NCBI GenBank assembly: GCA_964472265.1 | Contig: CAYYJO010000002.1 | Coordinates: forward strand, 2,002-66,001 | Length of the DNA: 64,000 nt | Direction: 5' to 3' | Source of the DNA: an uncultured Caldisericales bacterium | GTDB lineage: Bacteria > Caldisericota > Caldisericia > JAAYUI01 | Part shown: positions 20,059 through 29,831 of the stretch, piece after piece | How positions within the stretch are numbered: the first letter of the stretch is position 1 | Layout of the letters: the number at the start of each line of letters is the position of its first letter | Notes under the pieces: generated by a model | What the model saw: the letters and a program-made list of their open reading frames with translations, nothing else | What the model was told of the DNA's origin: nothing | The model's database searches: none | Position numbers and translations under genes: made by a program

Positions 20059-20433
20059 ATGACACAACCGGCAATTGGCGCAATCAGACAGATAGTTGAC
20101 CAGATGACCAGAAGCAACCCAGACATCATCGGCTGCACACTGGTTTCAGACGACGGGCTCCCTGTCTATGGCGTTATTCCTGATTATGTAGAAGAAGACT
20201 CCGTTGCAGCAATGTCTGCAACGCTTTATGCCCTTGGTGAAAGGGTCATAGATGATCTGATAAAAGGAAACCTTGAACAGGTCTACATTAAAGGGGACAA
20301 AGGGTATGTGATAATATCTTCAGTTGCTCCGCTTGGAACACTCGCCGTTCTTGCAAAATCAACGGCGAAACTGGGCTATGTCCTTATGGTTCTAAGACAG
20401 GTTATTTCAGACCTGGTTCAAACCGCTCGTTGA
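20059..20433 (+). CDS. Roadblock/LC7 (MglB-like) domain protein
   Basis: 124-aa alpha/beta protein with the 'IIGCTLVSDDGLPVYGV' roadblock signature. No adjacent small GTPase. Confidence 0.6.
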   Translation: MTQPAIGAIRQIVDQMTRSNPDIIGCTLVSDDGLPVYGVIPDYVEEDSVAAMSATLYALGERVIDDLIKGNLEQVYIKGDKGYVIISSVAPLGTLAVLAKSTAKLGYVLMVLRQVISDLVQTAR

Positions 20434-21231
20434 CCAGTCCTTGATATAGTTAAAATCAATTCCAACCGTTCTCGAACTCAGCTTGCAAACCGGTGGCATG
20501 ACACGCTTGAAGTGCGATTTCATGACCATTTTCCTGACACGCCTGATCTCTTCGACAGTAAAATCCTGACTTTCAAGACCCTTATCGTCCAGTTCTCCTT
20601 CAACCATTGAGTAAAGCATCATGTCCAGCTTTTCGTAAGTGATGCCCATTTCGCCTTCATCGGTCTGACCAGCCCAGAGGTCGGCAGTCGGAGGTTTTGC
20701 GATGATTTCCTCAGGAACACCGATATGTCTTGCCAAAGCCCTGACCTGGGTTTTGTAAAGGTCGCCGATTGGATAGCACCCGGCAGCCATGTCGCCCCAC
20801 CAGGTTGTGTAGCCGACAAGGATTTCTGATTTGTTTGATGTGCCAAGAACGATTGACTTTGTTGCCTGCGACTGGTCGAAAACAACGCACATCCTCAGTC
20901 TTGCAAGAAGGTTTCCGAGCCTTAGCTTATCAACTTCTTCGGGGTAGCCTTCAGCCATTTTTGTTATCTCGATATGTTTGGTTGGAATCGAGAATTTGTC
21001 GGCAACAAGCTTTGCGTGGGAGAGTGATTCCGGGCTTGAAAGCCTGTAGGGGAGCATGAGGCCAAGAACCTTTTCGCTGCCGAGAACCCTTGCTGCCAAT
21101 CCAGCGACAACGGCAGAATCGAGACCGCCGGAGAGACCAAGCACAACACCGGAAAACCCAGAGGCCTCAATGGTATGGGCGATGAATCCACCAATGACCT
21201 TCTCAGCCTTGACCAGATCAATCTCAAGCAT
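20407..21231 (-). CDS. nadE: NH3-dependent NAD+ synthetase (synthetase domain only)
   Basis: PP-loop 'LGLSGGLDSAVVAGLA', ~275 aa. The longest ORF extends to 21276. The Met at 21231 ('MLEIDLVKAEKVIGGFI') matches NadE N-termini and gives an ~8-nt overlap with the upstream CN-hydrolase stop. Confidence 0.8.
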   Translation of the reverse strand: MLEIDLVKAEKVIGGFIAHTIEASGFSGVVLGLSGGLDSAVVAGLAARVLGSEKVLGLMLPYRLSSPESLSHAKLVADKFSIPTKHIEITKMAEGYPEEVDKLRLGNLLARLRMCVVFDQSQATKSIVLGTSNKSEILVGYTTWWGDMAAGCYPIGDLYKTQVRALARHIGVPEEIIAKPPTADLWAGQTDEGEMGITYEKLDMMLYSMVEGELDDKGLESQDFTVEEIRRVRKMVMKSHFKRVMPPVCKLSSRTVGIDFNYIKDWSTSGLNQV

Positions 21232-22048
21232 CTTCCAGCTCCTTTTTAACAAGATCAGTCCTGCGCTCTCTGACAAGCGACATTTTCATTCTTGCTTTGG
21301 CTACATCCTTGAGGTCAATATCAACAAAACCCAAAGCCTCATCGAGTTCCGGCAACTCAAGAATTGTTGAGCCATTGGGTGCACAAACTCTTGAATTTCC
21401 AATGAACGATACGCCATCTTCAATGCCAACCATGTTGCAGCTTACAAAAAACACCTGGTTGCAAAAGGCAGAGTTGGCAACAGTTCGTTCAAGCGAGTTG
21501 GATATCTTGAAACCATCCTTTGAGAGGTTTCTGGCAGGAATGGCCGAGGAAGCGATTATTATTTTTGCTCCCTGAACCGAATAAACAAAGGACAATTCAG
21601 GGTGCCAGATGTCACGGCAAACAAGCAATCCAATCTTCCCAAATGGCGAGTCAAACGATTTCAGACTGTCACCCTTGCCAAAATATCTGAGTTCATCAAA
21701 CATTCCGTGTGTTGGCAGGTTGGTTTTGTCGTAGTGGGCGAGGATTTTGCCATCGTGGAAAAACACGCTTGAAATCTTTGGAATTCCATCCTCAGCGAGC
21801 CTTGGGAATGATGACACAACTGCTATCTTTTTTGAAATTTCCCTTATCGGATCAAGCAGCGGAGATTCCAGTTCAATCGAAAGCGGGAGCGCCAAATCCT
21901 GGAGCGTGTATCCAGTGAGAAAAAGTTCTGGAAAGACAATTATTTGTGCCTTGTTATCGATTGCCTTTTGAGCAAAGTCCAATGTTTTGGAAATGTTAGC
22001 CTTTACGTCGGCAAATTTTGGAGAAAGCTGGGCGAGTGCAATTCTAGT
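21224..22048 (-). CDS. Carbon-nitrogen hydrolase (nitrilase superfamily), probable glutaminase partner of NadE
   Basis: 'RIALAQLSP' start, E-K-C triad context ('FPELFLTGY', 'GLLVCRDIWHPE'). Probable GTG start at 22048, giving a 4-nt overlap with the queT stop. Confidence 0.75.
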   Translation of the reverse strand, partial: TRIALAQLSPKFADVKANISKTLDFAQKAIDNKAQIIVFPELFLTGYTLQDLALPLSIELESPLLDPIREISKKIAVVSSFPRLAEDGIPKISSVFFHDGKILAHYDKTNLPTHGMFDELRYFGKGDSLKSFDSPFGKIGLLVCRDIWHPELSFVYSVQGAKIIIASSAIPARNLSKDGFKISNSLERTVANSAFCNQVFFVSCNMVGIEDGVSFIGNSRVCAPNGSTILELPELDEALGFVDIDLKDVAKARMKMSLVRERRTDLVKKELEDA

Positions 22049-22583
22049 CACGTTCGAGCAACCCCCTTTTGTTGAGTGCGTAGGCAAAAGGAAGACCAAG
22101 AATTGCAAGCACGCCTAACTCACCAAGGGCTACATAGCCACCGGTTGCAAGGAAAGCCGTAAGCTGGAACCCTTCGAAAACCTCCGAGAAAGCCCCTATT
22201 CCTGTCGGAATCTGAACCGCTCCGATGAGAACAGGGAGATAGAAGCCTACAATCAAGCCATTGATGATGATAGGTGGAATCGCACCCAGCCAAATTTTTT
22301 TTGTTCTGCCAAGCCACCATGTCAAAAGTGCAGCGATCAGGGTTGCAAGCGTCCCAAAAACGATGTCTACAATACCAAGCCCCCAGAGAATGTTTGAAAC
22401 CAGACAACCGATTGTTACGCCAAAAATGGCTTCTGGCCAGAAGAATGGCAAAATAGTCAACACTTCGGCAATCCTGAACTGAATGGCTCCGAAAGAAATA
22501 AATGGTACTGCTGCAACCAAACCGATGTAGGCTGCAGCAATAACAGCGCCTCTGGCAATTCTGACAACTCCACTGGTCTTCAT
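22044..22583 (-). CDS. queT: QueT-family membrane protein (putative queuosine-precursor transporter / ECF S-component-like)
   Basis: ~180-aa polytopic protein with 'GAIQFRIAEVLTILPFF' and 'IVDIVFGTLATLIAALLTW' motifs resembling QueT. Assigned from memory of the family, no search run. Confidence 0.5.
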   Translation of the reverse strand: MKTSGVVRIARGAVIAAAYIGLVAAVPFISFGAIQFRIAEVLTILPFFWPEAIFGVTIGCLVSNILWGLGIVDIVFGTLATLIAALLTWWLGRTKKIWLGAIPPIIINGLIVGFYLPVLIGAVQIPTGIGAFSEVFEGFQLTAFLATGGYVALGELGVLAILGLPFAYALNKRGLLERD

Positions 22584-23098
22584 CGTTTCCTCATAAGATA
22601 CAAACCTGTAACTGCAATCGTTTTTGCATCCCTTATTCTATCACAATTGATCGCTTCGACAAATTCGTCAAAAGTCATGAGGAAGGCTTCGGTGTCCTCG
22701 TCATCGTCTGGATTTGGATCACCCTTCACAAGCTGTGTTGCAAGGAAAAAATGGTACATCTCCGAACTGATTCCGGGAGAGGCGAAAGCATGACCCATGT
22801 ACTCAAGTTTTCCAGCTTTGTAGCCTGTCTCTTCCTCAAGTTCACGAAACGCTGTAGACTCAATCGCCTCAAGTGGTTCCGATTTACCGGCCGGAACCTC
22901 AACAAGAACGTCGTTTGCAGGAGACCTGTATTGCCTGACAAGCACAACCTCGTTGCTGTCTGTGATGGCCAGAACTACGACCGCTTCAAAGTTTGTCTCG
23001 ATGTACTGTCTTTCAACGACGCTGTCAAGCCTTATCTGATCTATGACAACATCAAAGAGCTTTCCGTGCCAGACTCTCTTCGAAGACACCTTCTCCAT
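22580..23098 (-). CDS. Nudix hydrolase (ADP-ribose pyrophosphatase-like)
   Basis: Nudix box 'GKSEPLEAIESTAFRELEEETGY'. Confidence 0.75.
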   Translation of the reverse strand: MEKVSSKRVWHGKLFDVVIDQIRLDSVVERQYIETNFEAVVVLAITDSNEVVLVRQYRSPANDVLVEVPAGKSEPLEAIESTAFRELEEETGYKAGKLEYMGHAFASPGISSEMYHFFLATQLVKGDPNPDDDEDTEAFLMTFDEFVEAINCDRIRDAKTIAVTGLYLMRKR

Positions 23099-23100
23099 GA

Positions 23101-24762
23101 TCAGAAACTGAGCACCGAGACTGTGATGATCGGATTTGAGTGCTTGTTGTCAAACAAATAGTCGCTCACTTTATCGCGAATTGACTTTTTAAGCTGATCC
23201 TGTGTTCCCTTGTTTGATTTCCATGTCTTCACGGCATTTGTAACTACGTTTTTTATCTCGTCTACAAAGCCATTGCTGTCGCGCATGAAGATGAATCCCT
23301 GGCTTGCAATCTCAGGTCCGGCGATCACTTCACGGCTAAGCATGGACACACCAAGTGTTATCGACATGAACCCGTCACGGCTGAGCTTTGTACGCTCCTT
23401 GAGAACCGAAGTGCCGATGTCACCAACCGATGCGCCGTCGATGTAGACAGAGCTTGCAGGGACTTTTTTGGCTATCTTGCCTTTTGCGCTTGTGATCTGA
23501 ATCTGGTCACCATTTTCGCACAGGAAGACATTTTCCTTGGCTATTCCAAGTTCCTGGGCAATCTGTGAATGGAACCAGAGGTGTTTGAACTCGCCGTGTA
23601 CAGGAATGAAAAATTTTGGTCTTGTGAGGGCAAGCAGAATCTTCATCTCTTCCTGCGAACCGTGCCCAGAAACATGGATTCCGTCAATTCGTCTGTATAG
23701 GACTGTTGCTCCAAGTTTGAGCAAACTGGAGACTATTTTTGAAACAAGCGTTTCATTGCCTGGAATCGGGTCAGCGGAAAGGATGACCGTATCATTTTTG
23801 ATGATCCTGATTTTTGGGTGTGTTGCGCTGGCAATCTTTGACATGCCCGACATTGGTTCGCCCTGAGAGCCGGTAGTAACCACCACAACTTTGTTAGCCG
23901 GGAGTTTGTCGGCCTGTTCAGGAGTGACAACGATGGCATCGTTCATCTTGAAATAGCCAAGCCTTTTTGCGACCCTGATGGTTTCGATGATACTCTTGCC
24001 GTCGATGAGTAGTTTTCTGCCGTACTTCTCGGTCACTTCGGCGATCTGCTGGAGCCTGTGGAGATTTGTGGCAAACGTTGCAACGATGACTCTTCCGGGT
24101 GATGTCTGGAACAGCTTGTCAAATGTTTTTCCAACCGTTGATTCGGAGCCGGTGTAGCCTTCCTCGTCGGCGTTTGTTGAGTCGGAGAGCAGGCATAGCA
24201 CGCCCTTGAGTCCGAGTTCTCCAAATCGCTGGAGGTCTATTGCGTGGTTGTCAATCGGGTTCAGGTCGATCTTGAAATCGCCTGAATGGACGACCACTCC
24301 TTGCGGGAAGTGCATTGCGATTGCTCCGCCCTCCGGTATCGAGTGGTTCACTCTGATGTACTCAAACTTCACATTCGCAATGTGGAAGCTTTTTCCAAAC
24401 TCGATCTTCCTGTAGTCAACCGGTCGCACTGACCCTGGAATAAACTCATCGGCAATGCCGATTGTCAGCTCTGAGCCATAAACCGGCGCCTTCACCTTCT
24501 CCAAAACATACCTGAGTCCGCCGATGTGGTCGGCGTGACCGTGTGTGAGAAAGATTGCCTTCACCTTTGAAGCTATCTGGCTGATATAGGTGAGGTCTGG
24601 AATGACTTTGTCAATGCCGGGCAGATCAGAGTCCGGGAATTTGAAGCCTGCGTCAATGATGATCGCACTGCTGTCCCATTCAATGACAGTCATGTTCTTG
24701 CCGATCTCTCCCAGTCCTCCTAGAGGAGTAATGGTTATCGGCGTTTCTTGGGTTTTTCGCAT
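23101..24762 (-). CDS. rnj: Ribonuclease J (MBL/beta-CASP RNase)
   Basis: 'LTHGHADHIGG' MBL motif, beta-CASP region, 553 aa. Confidence 0.85.
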   Translation of the reverse strand: MRKTQETPITITPLGGLGEIGKNMTVIEWDSSAIIIDAGFKFPDSDLPGIDKVIPDLTYISQIASKVKAIFLTHGHADHIGGLRYVLEKVKAPVYGSELTIGIADEFIPGSVRPVDYRKIEFGKSFHIANVKFEYIRVNHSIPEGGAIAMHFPQGVVVHSGDFKIDLNPIDNHAIDLQRFGELGLKGVLCLLSDSTNADEEGYTGSESTVGKTFDKLFQTSPGRVIVATFATNLHRLQQIAEVTEKYGRKLLIDGKSIIETIRVAKRLGYFKMNDAIVVTPEQADKLPANKVVVVTTGSQGEPMSGMSKIASATHPKIRIIKNDTVILSADPIPGNETLVSKIVSSLLKLGATVLYRRIDGIHVSGHGSQEEMKILLALTRPKFFIPVHGEFKHLWFHSQIAQELGIAKENVFLCENGDQIQITSAKGKIAKKVPASSVYIDGASVGDIGTSVLKERTKLSRDGFMSITLGVSMLSREVIAGPEIASQGFIFMRDSNGFVDEIKNVVTNAVKTWKSNKGTQDQLKKSIRDKVSDYLFDNKHSNPIITVSVLSF

Positions 24763-24766
24763 TTTT

Positions 24767-25339
24767 TTATCCTATTTCGGCGACGAGCGCCTTGAGTTGC
24801 CTGAAATCATTCTTCATGGCTTCCAGCAGTTCCGGCGAACGCTTGTGAAGGTAGGCAGCCGGATGGTATGTTGGGAAAAACCTAATTCCATCCTTAACTT
24901 CCAGCCTTCCATGAACAGCGGTCATTGAAACCTGCCTGCCAAGAAGAGTGTTTGTTGAAGGCGCACCGAGACAGACTATCACCTTCGGCCGGATCATTGC
25001 AATCTGTGCATCGAGATAAGGCTTGCACGTCTTTATCTCGTCCGGTTGTGGCGTTCTGTTTTGCGGTGGCCTGCATTTTACTATGTTTGTTATAAAAACG
25101 GTCGGCCTTGAAAGGCCGATCATTGCCATGAGTTTGTCGAGGAGTTGTCCGGCTGCACCAACAAAGGGTTCGCCTTTTTCATCCTCGTTTGCTCCAGGGC
25201 CTTCACCGACAAACATGATGTTTGTATGTGGTGAGCCGACGCCTGGAACTGCATTTGTTCTGGTCACTGAGAGAGGGCATTTTTTACAGGAGCGGATTTC
25301 GCTTGAAATGGTTTCAAGAATCTGCTCCAGTTCACTCAC
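24767..25339 (-). CDS. Uracil-DNA glycosylase, family 4
   Basis: 'CKKCPLS' Fe-S cysteines and the 'FVGEGPGANEDEKGEPFVGAAGQLL' family-4 motif. Confidence 0.8.
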   Translation of the reverse strand: MSELEQILETISSEIRSCKKCPLSVTRTNAVPGVGSPHTNIMFVGEGPGANEDEKGEPFVGAAGQLLDKLMAMIGLSRPTVFITNIVKCRPPQNRTPQPDEIKTCKPYLDAQIAMIRPKVIVCLGAPSTNTLLGRQVSMTAVHGRLEVKDGIRFFPTYHPAAYLHKRSPELLEAMKNDFRQLKALVAEIG

Positions 25340-26555
25340 AGTGGTAACCCTCCAGATCGTTTAAATTCTTGCCGACCAGCGAAACGGCGTAGTCTTCAGG
25401 AATTTCACGTGCCAGATAGTCGTTCATCTGCGACAGGGCAAGTTTTTCAATCCTACCAAGCGTGATGTTCATATCAGGAACCTGGCCAAGAAGCAATCCA
25501 AGCCTGCCACATCTGTCCATTCTTGAGGAGTTGCTCTCAAGGCTGAGCATGGTTGAGCCTTTTATCATGCGCTTTGCCCTGTCCAGCTCCTCAGTTGTGA
25601 TGCCGTTTTTTCTGAAAGCCTGGATTTCCTGCCTGATGATGTCATGGCTTCTTCTGAAGTTTGAAACCTGTGTTCCACCATAGACGCCGATGAGACCACC
25701 AGAGGAGTTGACTGAAGTCATGGTCGAAATGTTGTAGACAAGGCCTTCTTTTTCCCGCAGTCTCTGGAACAGCCTTGAACTGACCGAACCGGCAAGAATG
25801 ACGTTGAGTACGAGCGATTCCGCTATTGTGTCATCCTGAAGCGATGGGCCAGGCCAGAGGTAGGTGAAGTAAACCTGTTCCGAATCACGATCCATGCAGA
25901 GTTTTCTAGGTGAAAACTCTGGTTTTGGCTGAGAGATTCTTGGAACTCCCGAAAGTGGTTCAACCATGAAGCCGTAACTTTCGACAAGTTTTGCCAGCTC
26001 ATTTTCGGTTATTCTGCCACTGGCAGCGATGATAGTTTCATCACTGAGATAATGACTTTTCCAGTATTTCCTTACATTTTCCGGTGAGACGGTCTGGATA
26101 ACTTCCTCAGAACCGAGAACCGATCTTGCCAGAGGATTCTCGCCCCAGGCTGCCTGGAAAGCCCTGACACCCGCGATTTCGTCAGGACTGTCCATGTATT
26201 CGGCGATTTCGGAGAGGATCACTCCCCTTTCGAGTTCAATTGAGTCGTCATCAAGGTTTGGATTGAAAGCGATGTCAACAATGAGGTCAACAGCAGTCTT
26301 TATGTCGTCAGCCAGAAGCTTTGCAAAGATCGAGGTGTACTCAACCGATGTATAGGCATTCAAGTCTCCGCCTGTTGCATCCATTTCAATGGCGATGTCA
26401 TGGGCTGTCCGCCTCGGCGTGCCTTTGAAAACAAGATGTTCCAGGAAATGGGACAAACCAAACTGACTGCTGTCCTCCGTTATTGCGCCAACAGGGAGGA
26501 ACAAGCCACAAGCCACCGAACTTGCGCCCGGTATTGTGTCAACTGTCAACCTCAC
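25332..26555 (-). CDS. M16 family zinc peptidase (pitrilysin-like, MlpA/YmxG-like)
   Basis: Inverted zinc motif 'HFLEHLVFKG'. It sits in the conserved position downstream of pnp. Confidence 0.8.
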   Translation of the reverse strand: MRLTVDTIPGASSVACGLFLPVGAITEDSSQFGLSHFLEHLVFKGTPRRTAHDIAIEMDATGGDLNAYTSVEYTSIFAKLLADDIKTAVDLIVDIAFNPNLDDDSIELERGVILSEIAEYMDSPDEIAGVRAFQAAWGENPLARSVLGSEEVIQTVSPENVRKYWKSHYLSDETIIAASGRITENELAKLVESYGFMVEPLSGVPRISQPKPEFSPRKLCMDRDSEQVYFTYLWPGPSLQDDTIAESLVLNVILAGSVSSRLFQRLREKEGLVYNISTMTSVNSSGGLIGVYGGTQVSNFRRSHDIIRQEIQAFRKNGITTEELDRAKRMIKGSTMLSLESNSSRMDRCGRLGLLLGQVPDMNITLGRIEKLALSQMNDYLAREIPEDYAVSLVGKNLNDLEGYHCE

Positions 26556-26565
26556 TTGGTTTTTC

Positions 26566-28698
26566 TTATCCTTTTGGCGGTCTGCTTGAATCGATGAGAC
26601 CTTTGCGAGTGAGTGAGATTCTGCCTGTTTCGTCGATTTTCTTGACCTTGACCATTATTTCCTGGCCGATTTTCAGTTCGTCTTCGACCTTTGCAACACG
26701 GTGGTCAGCCATTTCCGAAATATGGAGAAGGCCTTCCTTGCCACCCTTGCCAATGTCAACGAATGCACCGAAATCTCTCATGCTGGTTACTCTGCCAAGA
26801 TAGATTTTCCCAACCTGTGCATCCTCGGTGATTTCGAGGATTGCATCCCTGGCCTTGTTGCCGTGTTCCACTGTCGGTGCCGTAATGAAGACTCTGCCGT
26901 CCTGTTCGATGTCGATCTTGCAGCCTGTGTCTTCAACGATTTTTTTGATCACTTTTCCACCCGGGCCAATGATTTCCCTGATCTTTTCGGTGTCAATGAC
27001 AACCGTGATGACCCTTGGTGCATTTGGTGAAAGCTCTGGCCTTGGTTCCGGGATAACTTGTTTCATCTGGCCAAGGATGTTGAGTCTTGCTTCTTTTGCC
27101 TGAGCGAGAGCTTTTTTCACGATTTCCATCGACAAACCCTTGATCTTGATGTCCATCTGGAGACCGGTGATGCCCTTTTCAGTGCCGGCAACCTTGAAAT
27201 CCATGTCACCCATTGCGTCTTCAACACCCTGGATGTCGGTCAGAATCTGGAACTGGTCGTCTTTTGTTATGAGTCCCATTGCAATGCCTGCAGCCGGTGC
27301 CTTGATTGGTACGCCTGCATCCATGAGGGCAAGCGAAGAGCCACAAACTGAAGCCATTGATGAGGAGCCGTTGCTTTCAAGCACTTCCGAGAAGACCTGG
27401 ATTGAATATGGGAAGTCCTCTTCGCCTGGAACAAGCTTCTGGAGCGATCTTTCAGCAAGGAAACCGTGACCGATGTCACGTCTGCTCGGGCCTCTCTGTG
27501 GCCTGCATTCACCGACGCTGAAGGGTGGGAAATTGTAATAATGCATGTAATGCTTTACTTCTTCCTCGTAGAGACCTTCGACCAGCTGGCCTTCATCCTT
27601 TGCGCCAAGAACGGCAACTGACAAAACCATTGTCTGTCCGCGTGAGAACAGGCCTGAGCCGTGCGTCTGCGGTAGAGTGCCGACTTCCATGTTGATCGGT
27701 CGGATTTCAGTTGTTTTCCTGCCATCGGGTCTGAGACCCTTTACAACGATCCTGTCCCTTATGAACTCTTTGATTACTTTATCAAAGCATTCACCGAACT
27801 GGCCAATCAATTCAGGCCATTTCTCGGCAACGACCTTCTTGAGTTCAGCTGCAAAATCGTCTGTTGCGTTTTCACGCTGACCCTTGTTGGGGTTGAAAAG
27901 AAGATCATCGCCCTTTGAGAAGACTTCGTCATGTACAAACTGCTTGAGTTCAGGATTGATGTCAATCGGTGGGACTGCGATCTTTTCCTTGTTGATTTTC
28001 GCTGCAAGCTCCTTCTGAGCCTGGATTACGTCTGCCATTGACTTTTTGGCAAGCTCCATTGCTCCAAGGATGATCTCTTCTGAAACTTCATTGGCGCCCG
28101 ATTCAACCATCATGATTGAATTTTCGGTACCGGCAATGATGATTTCGAGATCAAGATTTTCGAGTTCGGAAGTCGATGGATTAACGATGTATCCGCCATC
28201 CTTGTAACCGATTCTGACTGCGGCAATTGGGCCATCAAAAGGGATTTCCGAGACTGTGAGTGCGCAGGATGCCCCGATGATTCCGAGGAGATCAGATGCG
28301 TGCTCCATGTCTGATGAGAGTGTGTTGACTATGATCTGAACTTCTCGCCTCATGTGCTTTGGGAAAAGCGGACGAAGTGGTCTGTCGATCATTCTCGAAC
28401 GAAGAATTTCCTGCTCCGATGGTCTACCGCCACGCTTGAAAAAACCACCAGGGATTTTTCCTGCAGCGTAAAGTTTTTCTGTGTAGTCGACCGTGAGCGG
28501 GAAGAAGTCAATGTTCTCTTTTTCAGATTTTGCTATTACAGCTGTTGCAAGAACGATTGTTCCGCCCATCTGCACAAGGCAGGAGCCGGATGCCTGCTGG
28601 GCAACCTTTCCAACCGTAATTTTGATGTCTTCGTCGGCAATCTTTGCCGTTGCGATGTGACAATCCCTGTTCAGCTGTTTTGTGAGTTCGATTTCCAT
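26566..28698 (-). CDS. pnp: Polyribonucleotide nucleotidyltransferase (PNPase)
   Basis: 710 aa with two RNase PH domains, a KH domain ('KIREIIGPGGKVIKKI') and a C-terminal S1 domain. Follows rpsO. Confidence 0.9.
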   Translation of the reverse strand: MEIELTKQLNRDCHIATAKIADEDIKITVGKVAQQASGSCLVQMGGTIVLATAVIAKSEKENIDFFPLTVDYTEKLYAAGKIPGGFFKRGGRPSEQEILRSRMIDRPLRPLFPKHMRREVQIIVNTLSSDMEHASDLLGIIGASCALTVSEIPFDGPIAAVRIGYKDGGYIVNPSTSELENLDLEIIIAGTENSIMMVESGANEVSEEIILGAMELAKKSMADVIQAQKELAAKINKEKIAVPPIDINPELKQFVHDEVFSKGDDLLFNPNKGQRENATDDFAAELKKVVAEKWPELIGQFGECFDKVIKEFIRDRIVVKGLRPDGRKTTEIRPINMEVGTLPQTHGSGLFSRGQTMVLSVAVLGAKDEGQLVEGLYEEEVKHYMHYYNFPPFSVGECRPQRGPSRRDIGHGFLAERSLQKLVPGEEDFPYSIQVFSEVLESNGSSSMASVCGSSLALMDAGVPIKAPAAGIAMGLITKDDQFQILTDIQGVEDAMGDMDFKVAGTEKGITGLQMDIKIKGLSMEIVKKALAQAKEARLNILGQMKQVIPEPRPELSPNAPRVITVVIDTEKIREIIGPGGKVIKKIVEDTGCKIDIEQDGRVFITAPTVEHGNKARDAILEITEDAQVGKIYLGRVTSMRDFGAFVDIGKGGKEGLLHISEMADHRVAKVEDELKIGQEIMVKVKKIDETGRISLTRKGLIDSSRPPKG

Positions 28699-28964
28699 TA
28701 CTTGCGCAGACCCAGTGATTCAATCAATTTGATATATCTCTTCTCGTCAACACCACGAAGATATGCAAGCATTCTGTGGCGCTCGCCGACGAGTCTTAGA
28801 AGACCAAGCCTGCTGATGAAATCGTGTTTGTTTTCAAGCAGATGTTTGGAGAGACTGTTGATTCTCTCGGTCAAAAGGGCAATCTGTACTTCCGGTGAGC
28901 CTGTGTCACCTGGATGAGTTTTGTACTTTTCAATGATTTCCCGCTTTCTGTCGTTAGTAAGCAT
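28698..28964 (-). CDS. rpsO: 30S ribosomal protein S15
   Basis: 88 aa with '[40 protein letters not shown]' and an upstream AGGAGG RBS. Confidence 0.9.
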   Translation of the reverse strand: MLTNDRKREIIEKYKTHPGDTGSPEVQIALLTERINSLSKHLLENKHDFISRLGLLRLVGERHRMLAYLRGVDEKRYIKLIESLGLRK

Positions 28965-29067
28965 GTTTCCTCCTGTGTTTTCCTAAAGCCTAGCCACCGT
29001 CGCGGAGTCGAATGACAAAGCCTTGGTCGATTAATGTTAACACCTTTGAAATCCCATGCGATAAAAC

Positions 29068-29096
29068 TTGACTTAAGCCGGAATGATTGATAATCT
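29068..29096 (+). promoter_or_regulatory. Candidate sigma-70-like promoter (TTGACT-17-TAATCT) for the HAD-mnmA unit
   Basis: -35 TTGACT (29068-29073), 17-nt spacer, -10 TAATCT (29091-29096). The -10 ends 7 nt before the GTG at 29103 and ~22 nt before the ATG at 29118. Confidence 0.35.
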
Positions 29097-29102
29097 GAAT
29101 GC

Positions 29103-29831
29103 GTGGGAACGCTGAAAATGCCAGTGAAGGCAGTTTTATTTGACTTCTGGAACACGCTTGTCTACGACATGCCTGAACTCGAATCCAAACGCGGTTCCGA
29201 AAGGTGTGAAAGAATATTCAAACTTCTCCAGGGCAGCGGAGTGGAGACAAGCCTTGCCCAGGTGATGTTCGCTTACAATGGAGCTGGCAAGATTATAGCA
29301 GACAGGGCAAAGTCCAACAAAGCAATAACAATTCGTGAACAGGTAAGGGTAATGCTTGAAATATTGCGAATCAATCCACTTGATATAAACATCGACATGC
29401 TTGATGATGCCTACAGCCGACCGTTAACAACCGTACTCAGTCCGGTGGTAGCCGGCGCTCAACCATTGATCGAGAGACTATCAAGAAAATACAGACTCGG
29501 CCTTATCAGCAACACAGAACGAACATCTGGCCACTATCTCCAGATAGCCTATCAGGAGATTTTGAAACGATTCTCTTTCTGTTTTTTTTCGGATGAAAGA
29601 CGCATCAGAAAACCTGATCGGGAAGTATTCATGATAACGGCAACAGAACTGGGCGTGGACCCCTCGGAGTGCGTCATGATAGGCGATTCAATCGAAAATG
29701 ACTGTAAACCAGCAATCGATTGCGGAATGAAAGCCATTCACTTTTCAGACCCAGCAACCGGAAAACACGATTATTTCTACCCACAAATCAAGAGTCTCAC
29801 AGAAATTCCGAGGGCTCTGGAAAAGGTTTAA
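29103..29831 (+). CDS. HAD-superfamily hydrolase (subfamily IA-like)
   Basis: Motif I 'AVLFDFWNTLV' (DxxNTL variant) and motif IV 'MIGDSIEND'. Start is either the GTG at 29103 or the ATG at 29118. Confidence 0.65.
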   Translation: MGTLKMPVKAVLFDFWNTLVYDMPELESKRGSERCERIFKLLQGSGVETSLAQVMFAYNGAGKIIADRAKSNKAITIREQVRVMLEILRINPLDINIDMLDDAYSRPLTTVLSPVVAGAQPLIERLSRKYRLGLISNTERTSGHYLQIAYQEILKRFSFCFFSDERRIRKPDREVFMITATELGVDPSECVMIGDSIENDCKPAIDCGMKAIHFSDPATGKHDYFYPQIKSLTEIPRALEKV

